A stretch of DNA of 64,000 nt, taken from positions 20,022 to 84,021 of the IMG/VR virus record IMGVR_UViG_3300042987_003796, one strand, 5' to 3'. Position numbers and translations under genes: made by a program. Source of the DNA: a virus. Positions within the stretch are counted from its first letter, which is position 1. The number at the start of each line of letters is the position of its first letter. The notes beneath the pieces are model-generated. The model was not told the origin of the DNA. It worked only from the letters and a program-made list of their open reading frames with translations, and searched no databases. Of this stretch, positions 1 to 9,700 are shown piece after piece.

Positions 1-1
1 A

Positions 2-655
2 ACCGCAGAAGAATATGCAGATAAGTATTATAATAGATATTATTTATATTATTCTTTATTTAAAGATAGGGAGTTTTCTGTTTACTTTGGTAAAAATGAA
101 GATTATTTTATAGAAATAGAAGACGAAATATATAACGATGTGTGGAATAGTGTTTTTAATGTTATTAATTTTCTTAAATTAGAAAATATAAAATATGTAG
201 CGGCGACTGGCTTTTTTCAGAATTTATTAATTTTAACTGGAAAAGAAATGTCGATAATAGACTTTTATGGAAAACCGATTCCGTCTTTAACTATTAATCA
301 AATTGATTTATTTTCTTATGCCGCAAGTTTTAGAAGATCTATAAATAATGCGACTGAGCAAATTCCGGATTATATACTTAGCGATCCGCTTAATTTGATA
401 GATTGGTGTGAGGGTGGAAATTCTTCATCTGTAAAAGCAAAGGGTATGATGGAAAGAACGCCAAATAAAAATAAAACAAAAGGCGAACGTAGCGGTAGAA
501 TAAGTTCTATTGTTGGAGCCAGTTCTTCAGATTATAAAAAACTTGGGGTAGGGGGCGTTGCGTCTGGAGGTTCGGATCTTATATCTGCCGCTGAAGAATC
601 GGGGGGAGAAATGGCTATAAATCAAATAATTAAAAAAACTGATAAATTAAAATAA
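2..655 (+). CDS. Hypothetical protein, 5'-truncated by the window edge; position before the TMP is compatible with a tail assembly chaperone
   Basis: The frame of ORF 140..655 is open back to position 2 (TAEEYADKYYNRYY...); function is inferred from synteny only. Confidence 0.55.
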   Translation, partial: TAEEYADKYYNRYYLYYSLFKDREFSVYFGKNEDYFIEIEDEIYNDVWNSVFNVINFLKLENIKYVAATGFFQNLLILTGKEMSIIDFYGKPIPSLTINQIDLFSYAASFRRSINNATEQIPDYILSDPLNLIDWCEGGNSSSVKAKGMMERTPNKNKTKGERSGRISSIVGASSSDYKKLGVGGVASGGSDLISAAEESGGEMAINQIIKKTDKLK

Positions 656-678
656 TTAGGATTGCATATGCTTATTTT

Positions 679-683
679 GTGTA
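679..683 (+). promoter_or_regulatory. Candidate phage late-promoter motif GTGTA upstream of the TMP gene
   Basis: GTGTA plus an AT-rich tract in a short intergenic gap; the same motif recurs before other genes. Confidence 0.4.
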
Positions 684-723
684 AAATTACTGATAGAGGT
701 TAACTTTCGGAGTTTAAAGGTAT

Positions 724-3700
724 ATGGCTGATAATTTGACTACGGCAACAATTGATGTAAGAGCAAACACAAGGGGCTTAGAAAAAGATATTCTAAAAGC
801 TCTTAAAACCGTTGAATTTTCTGAGATAAATACAAAGAAAAGTTCGCAGGCTCTTGGTAGAATAACTGGACAGGTTTCTGAATTTAATAAAAGCCTGGAA
901 GCGTCTAATGCTCGCGTAGTTGCTTTCGGTGCGTCTGCTGGGGCTATTTTTGCTGTCGAAAAAGCTTTTTCAAGCTTAATTTCTTCTACGATAGAGGTGC
1001 AGAAAAAACTTACAGATGTAAATATTCTTCTTAATTTATCTTCCTCTGGTTTGCAAAAATTTGGAGATAGCTTATTTGATATAGCTAAAAATACAGCTCA
1101 GTCTTTTTCTACTGTTGCAGACGCCGCTACCGAGCTTTCTCGTCAGGGTCTTGGCGTTGAAGAGACATTAAAAAGAACAAATGCCGCGTTAGTTTTGACT
1201 AGACTCAGCGGACTTGATGCAAAATCTAGCGTTGATGCGTTGACCGCTACATTAAACTCTTTTGCTGGGTCTGCGCTTGATGCGGTAGAGGTAGTTAATA
1301 AATTAGCAAACGTTGACGCCGCTTTTGCTGTTAGTTCTGCTGATCTTGCCAATGCTATTAGTCGCGTTGGTTCTACTGCTGTTGATGCTGGGGTATCCTT
1401 AGATGAATTAATTGCTTTAGTTACTTCTGCTCAACAAACTACGGCGAGAGGTGGAGCTGTAATTGGTAACTCTTTTAAAACTATTTTTACGCGTTTGCAA
1501 AGAGGAAAAGTTCAAGATTTGCTTGGCTCTCTTGGGGTCGATACAACAGAAGGACAAAGTGCGATAAGTTTATTACAACAACTTGCGGCAACTTATGATA
1601 CTCTTGGAGCGGCTCAAAAATCTTACGTTGCAGAGCAGGTTGGTGGCGTTTTCCAAATCAACATTTTAAAAGCAGCTTTATCTGATTTGGGTAAGGAGTA
1701 TAGTATTTTTGGAAGAGCTTTAGATACTTCATTAAGCTCAACAGATGAAGCTATTAGAAGAAATGAACTTTTAAATCAAACTATTTCTGCCTTATCTAGT
1801 CAAGCCGTTTCTGGATTGCAGCAGGCGGCGAGCAAAATCGGCTCTATTGTTTTTGAACCTAACGCAAAGGGTTTTCTTTCTGGTTTTAATAATTTATTAG
1901 ATTCTTTTAATAATATAGATGCAGAAAGCGCTGGTGGAAAGTTAATGACTGGATTTTTTAAGGGTATTGGTGACTTTATATCTGGTCCTGGAGCAGTTTT
2001 AGCTACCGCTGTTCTTGTAAAATTATTTTCCAATTTAGCAAAATTTGCAGCTGGGTCAGCAAAAGAATTACTTGGAACTAATAAAGCTGCACAACAACAG
2101 GCTGCTATAGAGCAAAGTATTTTAAGTATACTTCAAAAGAATAGTCAATTTACTAGTCAGATCTTGAGTGGTAAAATGACAACAGTTCAGGCAGAAAAGG
2201 AATTATTGACTTATTTAACTGCTCAATCAAATATCCTTAGGGAGCAGGAAAGATTAAGCAAAATTATTGGTGCAAATTTGATGACAGCTGGAGTTAGTAT
2301 TGGGTCAAGTGGTATTCCAATTGTAGCTGCATCAAAAGGTAAAAAGGCTGCTTCATCTGGATTTATACCAAACTTTGCATCAGATCAGGCGATTGGTCAG
2401 GCGATGGAGAATGCTGGAGCTAGACAGCATGGATACAAAGCTGGAAAAGCTAAAAAAACAACTATTCATGATGGTAATGGAAAATCATTCAAATCTTTTG
2501 TTAATAGCAAAGAGGATGTAAAAACTTTTACTAATTCCGCTGGCAAGAAAGCTACAATAGTTCGTCCTCCAAATGGGTTTGGTGAAAATACTCAATATGC
2601 TGCTGGTGGATTTGTTCCTAATTTTGCAAAAAATAAAAATGAAGATTCGATAAGAAAAGGTGTGTTGTTTGAAAAACGTTTGAATAAAGCCCTTAGTGGA
2701 TCTGCCTCGTTTTCTCCTAATGCTCCAATGGATTTTCCTCTCCCAACTGGTTATGGAAATGACTATGAGATAAGAAGAAAAATTGGAATTAGTGATGCTT
2801 CTATATATGGAGATGCAAAGCTTACTAGAAGTAGAAAAAGCGAACAGAGTTTATTAGACAAATATTTAAGAACGCCAGAGGGAGTTAAGGATTTTCTTTC
2901 AGCAAAAGAAACTTCTAGAGGGTTTATTAATTTAAATCCGAATGGATTATCAATGTTGTTTTCTGGGTCTGGATCTGATTCAAGGGGCATATCTTATATT
3001 TCCAGTATAAATACTCAGCTTTCTGCTGGCGCAAAACGTTTGATTAGTTCAAGATTTGGTAAAAATCATAAAAAAAGCAGAACATTGGCAATGCCTTATA
3101 TTGCTGATAAAATAAACGAAAAAAATTTATCTGGATTAAGTTCTGGTTTTATTCCTAATTTTGGAAAAATGCAAGATCTTTATAAAAATACGAAGATGCG
3201 CGAAGGAAAGGATGATCCTTTTGGCAAAAGAGCTGCTAAGGCTAATTTAGCAGCTAAAAAGGGTATTCCAATTAAAGATCTTGGAAACTTGCCATATACA
3301 ATGATTCACCCTGGTGGTGGTAGTAATTTTCAAGCCTCTGCTAGTTATACTAAAAAAGATAAAAAAACAAATTCTTCAACTCAATATGTTGGAAAAATAT
3401 GGACTGCTGGATTAGATGCAAGCAAGTTAAATCGTAAAACTGTTCAAGATAGAGTTGGAGATGCGCTAGTTACAGAAGCAAATAATTTAACAAAAATTTT
3501 CAATCCTTCTGGGAGTGGGCAATTTAGTAACTATAGTCAGTTGTCAAATACCGGATCTGTATTTAGTGCAGCTGGCACTGTTTTTGAGTCAGCGGTCAGA
3601 AAAGCGTTTAATGTTTCTGCTCAAGGTCAAGGAGATAGGATAGATTTTCCAAATCCATCCTCTGAGCTTAGATCTTTCTTTGGAAATGCTCCAGGACCTT

Positions 3701-6700
3701 ATGAGGCAAAAATTTCAAATGACGATACAAATAGGTCAAGTACTCTTTCTAAGTGGATAGCTGTAAATGGATTAAGTGGTGGATTTATTCCTAGCTTTGC
3801 TAATTCTAAGAATAGGCTGTCATTTTCTTATAAGGATAAAGATGAATTTGGAATTAGTGAAATTGAAGCTATAATGAGCGGTAAAAAAGTTGGTTCATTT
3901 AGTTATGCGGAAGATAGACCCGGAATAGTAGATGTTGGAGACCTTACAGTTAATAAAGGAGAAAGAGGAAAGGGTATAGGGAGCGCGCTTTATAAAGAAG
4001 CAATAAAAAGAAACGCCGGCAAAAAAATGAAGGGGCAATTATTGCCACAGATGAATCGCTTATTAGAGAAAATAAAAAAAGGCGAACCCGTTTCTGCTGA
4101 GACCTTATACCCACAAATAAAGAGAGCCGATCTTGCTAAAAGTTCTGTTTTTGAGGTTTATGGGCATAAGGGTTTAGAAGCAGAAAAAATGACGCGTGAT
4201 CAGTTTACGTCATTTGTTAATGCAAAAATTACGGAATTAAAAAAAGACCCGAAAAGATTGCAAAGCTATTTTGGAAATGTAGAAGCTGACGAGTATGGCG
4301 GACTTGGAGTGGATTTACAAACTCAACATTCTTCTGGATTTATTCCTAATTTTGCAAGCGGAATAATAACTGGAGACGTCATTCGGGGAAATGAATATAA
4401 AAGCGTTTTAGATTTTCTTGCAAAAACAAATAAACCTGTTAGAACTATTATTGGTCCGTCTGGCTCTGGAAAAACAACAATGGCTTCGAAAAGTGGCGGC
4501 TCTATTGTTAAGTCATTTAACGATTTAGCGGGATTTGATAGTTATATTCTTGATAGAGCTACGATGTCTATGCCAAAAGACGAAATAGTTTCAGAAAATT
4601 TAAAAAAGATATTTCGTAAATCTGGAGAAAGCGGCGCTTTAGATTTATTGGTTGGCTCTAGAAATACTATAAAATCTTTACGCGAAAAAAGGGCAAAAGA
4701 AGGAGACTCTTTAATTCCGGATAGAAAACAATTTACTTCTGGAAGTGGAGGTATTTCATCTTTTGTAAAGGGCGCTAGGGAATTTGCGTCTGAATATCCA
4801 GGAGCTTCTGTTTCTAGAATATTTAAAGATAAGTCTGAATATAAAACAAAAAAAATATTATCAGGGGGGTTTGTTCCCAACTTTGCTTCTCCAAAATTAA
4901 TAGAAGCTATAAATAAAAGAATTAAAAATCCAAACGTTGCCCAAAAGTTAAAAGAGGGAGCTGGCTTGAATGATTCTGCTTATATGAAAGCCGCGAGTAA
5001 GCTTGGAATAGATGTTGCTGGACTAGAGGCATTCCTGCCTCAGATGGGTTTTCCTTTGCGTGGAAAAGATAAGGTATTAAACTTATCAAAAGCTATTGGT
5101 TTTGGTTTTGGTAGATCTTTCATTATAGACGCTCTTAAGATGGGGGATTGGAATTATGTTAAGCCTCAATTTGAATCCGCTGGCTATGTGAAAGATGACT
5201 TTGATAAGTTATCTAAATATGCAAAAACGCCAAAAGGCGAATCTGCCTTAAAATGGTGGAGGTCTAAATCTAGCGGGTTTATTCCAAATTTTGCTTCTCC
5301 AAAGAAAAGCGGAAAGACTTTTAATAGTTACATGAGTAAGCCTTTATCTGATACTATCAGATTCGTGCATCCTCTTAAGCCAGTTATTGATTCAAGTGGT
5401 AATATATCTTTTCCTGGGCTTCCTAAAAAGGGCGCTAAAGCTACAATCATTCATGGGGAGGCAATGGCTGGGCAGGAAAGAATGACTCTCGATGAGTTTT
5501 ATGCGCTTGCTGAAAAAAGAAAGAACGATCCAAGATTCTGGGGTAGAAACTCTTTTGAGTATGTATATAATTCAGGAGGATTTGTTCCTAATTTTGCTGA
5601 CGCATTAAATAATGCAATAGCTAGAGAAAAGTCTTCTGGGTTGTCTAATAGTCAGATATATGTTGACCAGCATAGCTCTTTAAAGAATAAAAATAACCCA
5701 ATGGGTTTAATGGTTGCTAATACTAGGGATGAGCCAGGCGGTGGAATTCAGGGCATTAAAAGAGCTAAGAAAGAGGGAAAGAATCCAAAAACTTATGGAA
5801 CATCTTTTGGGTATGTGCCTAATTTTGCAACTGGACCGATACAACCGTCTCAAGATTACTTGAATGCCTTGAATGAGGCTGTTAAGGCGGTAGATAAGCT
5901 ATCGCAAAGTTCTAAAAAAGCATCTGAGGGTTTAAATCGAGCTTCTGATAGTGTTGAGAAATTTGATAACGGAGCTTCTGGGTCTGGCAAGGGAAAAATG
6001 GGTAAGATTGGTGGATTCCTTAAAGATAATGCTTTAACTGTAGGTTTTGGTTTGCAGTCTATAGCTAGTATGGCTGGTGAATACGCTGGAAATGACGATA
6101 CTAAATCTGGTCGCGCAATTAAGGCTGGAGCAGGCGCGGTTGGAGATATTGCTAGTTTTACAGGAACTGGGGCTATGATTGCTGGACCTTGGGGGGCTGC
6201 TGCTGGTTTCGCTGTAGGATTAGGAAAAGCTGCGCTTGATTTGTCAAAAGCCTTAACTACTAAAGTTCCAGATATGGAAAAAGCTCTTCAGACTAGCTCT
6301 GATGCAATGAATAGATTTGGTGAATCTGGTCAAAAGCTATTGCAACTTAATGAGCAATATGGTGACGCGTTAAATTCTGGAAATCCTGGTCAGGCTGCTG
6401 ATATAATGGTTAAAACTCAAAAGGCGTATGCGGAAGAGTTAAGTAAATTAACTCAAGCTCAAAGAGATTCATTTATTTCAGCAGTTGCTCAGGGTAAGGG
6501 GCAAGAAGAATATGCAAAAATCCTTGGCGAAATGCAGGATTCTGTTAGAGCCTCTGAGTCGGCTTTGTCTTTGCAAAAATTTAGTGAGAGCAAGGGCTTT
6601 TTTGGTGGACCTGATAAAAAACTTATATCTGGAATAGATAAAACTTTAGTTTCTGATTTGACAAAGGGTCTTGACGCAGATGCGATTAAAAAAGCTTTAG

Positions 6701-9700
6701 AAAATGCTTCCCCTGTTCTTACTGATAAGAGCGCGGGAACAGAAAATCAAGCTATTGCATTAATGAAAAGCCTAGCTCAGTCAGAGAGTCTTACAGTAGA
6801 TCAAAAAGCTAATTTTGAAAAGATTATTGATTCTTTTGCTTCTGCGGCGGCGCAAACAGATTTAGGAGCAGTTTCTGAGGCTTTCGTTGAAGGAATTCAG
6901 TTAAAGCCTAAATCATTTGAAGATGTTCAAAAAGCTCAAGAGGCGTATAAAAAATCCCAAGAAATAAACAATGCAAAAATAAAAGAAGAGATTGCTATTA
7001 GAGAAAAAGCAAATGCTTCTTTATTGCAGCTTCAATCTGAAACGGAAGCTATATATACTAGCTTCAATGATTCTCTTGAAAGATTTATTTCTAGTGTTGA
7101 AACAGCCGCAAAAATGCGAGCTGCGTCAGTAGAGTTCAAGCAAGAATTTTATTCTGAAGGCGGAGTTCCAAGCGCCGCTGAGTCGCAAAAAGAAAAAAAT
7201 ATAGTTCAGGCTTCGAGGGATAATTTGACGGTTGATATTTATAAATCTCAAGTTGAGGCTTCTAATAATTTTAATTCCGCTGTTAAGGATTTAGTTGGAG
7301 GTCTTGATATTGACATAGCAAAGCTTGGCGTCGGCGGTCAGTCGATGGATCAGCAGAATCAGCTGCTTGGCGTACAGTCTTCTATACAGAAAGCATTGTT
7401 GCCAATTCAGGGGATGATATTAAAGGGAGACTATGAAGGGGCAAGACAAAAAACAAGCGAGGCTCTTTCTGGATTAAAGCCAGAAGAAGTTAGTGCGGTT
7501 GGCGTTGACGCGATAACAAAAGTTGGTCAGCAATTAGATCAAACATTGCAGGATAGCGCTAGGAAATTAGATCAGATTAAACAAAATTCACAAAAAGATC
7601 TTGCTATTCAAGCTCAGCAATTAGTTTTTCAAAGAGCTATGTCTAAACTTAGTCAAGCTCAAGGCTTTGGTGGAACAGACATAAAAGGTTTAATTACAGA
7701 TAATGGAGGAGAGTCATTTCAGCAGGCTATTTCTTCTTTGAAAGATCTAAAAACGTTGGGATATAATCAAAAAGATTTGCAAAAGGGGTACGTAAAGGGC
7801 GGTGGAGCTGAAACATATGGAATAAAAGATAAAAAAGCTAATGCTGCGATGAGCGGAAAAGTTATTGATTTTTATGGAGCTGCCAGTAAAATAATCGGAA
7901 GTCCTGTTTTGTCTACCCAATCTAAGGATTTTGGCGCTTTAGCTCAAGCGGTCTCAGACCAGATAAGAAACCAGATGGATAAGTTCAAGGCTGCTGGAGA
8001 AGGCGTTGTTGACCCTGCTGTTTTTAGTAGAATGGAAAAAGCTCTTGCCACATTAGGTGGGGGAGATATGGTTGCTCAGTTAAAAATATTTAAAAATATT
8101 GGAGTTGCAGATGTTGGTGGAAAGCAAGTAATGGATGAAGCTTTAAAAACTTATAGCGGTGGTCAGTTTGCAAATTTGAGCCCAGAGCTTAAGAAGGCAT
8201 TTGAAAGCACTACAGATGAAGGGGCTGCTGCTACTTTATTATTAGTCGCTGTACAAGATAAGCAAACCCAAAGTCTAAATACAGGATTTAATTTTTTATC
8301 TGGCATTGGAGGGCAAACAAATGACTTATTGTCAAAACAACCGGACGCAATCGCTGCAGCAATAGGAGCGGTTTTAGAAAAAGGTAGAGCCGATTCTGAG
8401 GCGCAAAAAGTTAATCGAGAAGCTGCGTCGCTAGACAAGCAGTTCTTTGATAGTAAGGCTAAACTGAAAGAAGCTAATAAAGGCGTCGATTCAGCTCAAG
8501 CCCAAGTTGATTCTATTGTTGAATCTTTAGGTGGAAATGCTAGTGGATCATCTATTGAGGATTTTATTAAATCCATGCAGGTTAGTCAAAAAGATAAAGA
8601 TAAGGCTAAGTCTATAACGTCTTTAGGTAGGAATGAATATATTAATTATAAAACATCGCTGGAGATGACTCCAACAGAAATATTGTCAGGGTTACCAACT
8701 CCAAGGAGCGACAAAGCCAAACAAGAGTCGGCAAAAAAATATGACGAAGCTGTGGCTCTTCAAGAAAAAGTAAAAAAACTTGATGCATTGAAAGCCGCAT
8801 CTCAGCAGGTTAGTAGTAAAAAATCTGAAGCTGTAGGTATTTCTAATGAAATAAAAGAAATCAATAAAAAATATGATGCGCTTGCGCCAGATATTCAAGC
8901 TAAAAACGATGCCGCAAAAAAGGCTTCTGAAGTTGCTGCGCAAAGCAGAAATCTAGTTCTTGATAAGAAGCCATTGCAGGATTCTATGGATTATTACGCA
9001 AATGATAAAAAAGCTAGAGAGGCTGCTTTAGCTCAATCTTTGGCGACAGAAAATCTCAAAAAAACAAAACAGCAAAAACAAACTCTAGATAGAACGTCTG
9101 GGGCAGAAAAGGCTATGAGCCCTACTGGAAAGCTAGATACTTATGAAAATATAGCGATTACTAAAGCTGGCGGCGCAAACCAAGCTGCTTTCCAAGATTT
9201 ATTGTCTCAAATGGTTGTGCCGAGTTTTGATAAATTTAAAGATGTTTATGCGTCTCTTGGAGAAGAGGGTGGAGCAAAAGGCGCTTACGAAAGAACCATA
9301 AATGAAATGATTGGACCAGCTCTTTCCCAAAAGCTGCCAATTGTAGAATCTGGATCTCAAGGTCAGCAAATAGCTTCTGCTATTACAGAGGGCATTAAGC
9401 AAGCTTCCGCCTCAGTGGTTGGTGGAGGCATTACACGCGAAGAAAATAAATCGTTGATGAGCAAACATGGGTATGTTGAAGGAGAGGGTTGGAAAAATGA
9501 AAGCGGTAAGGCGGCTTATTCTGAAGAACTTAAAATGTTAAAAGAACAAAAGCAAGCTCAGCAGCAGTTGTCTTCACAGACTAGCGCAAATAATTTACAA
9601 AAAAATGCAGAGCAAGAGCAGGCGAAAAAACAAGAAAGCGAGAAAGCTAAAGCTCAATCTGCTCAGCAAGATCCTACTCAACTTATTTCGAGTATCCTGA

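Noticed and set aside
2629-5577. TMP inserts as inteins or homing endonucleases
   Set aside because: No C/S-start...HN-C/S/T splice junctions and no LAGLIDADG or HNH motifs at module borders
2359-5829. TMP repeats as a CRISPR array or DNA-level att/integron sites
   Set aside because: Spacing is roughly 230-640 bp and irregular, all copies are in frame, and variation is mostly synonymous, so this is a peptide motif; no integrase or cas operon is nearby
1143-9402. Short antisense ORFs within the TMP gene and other long genes
   Set aside because: Shadow ORFs overlapping well-supported genes, with no motifs or expression signals
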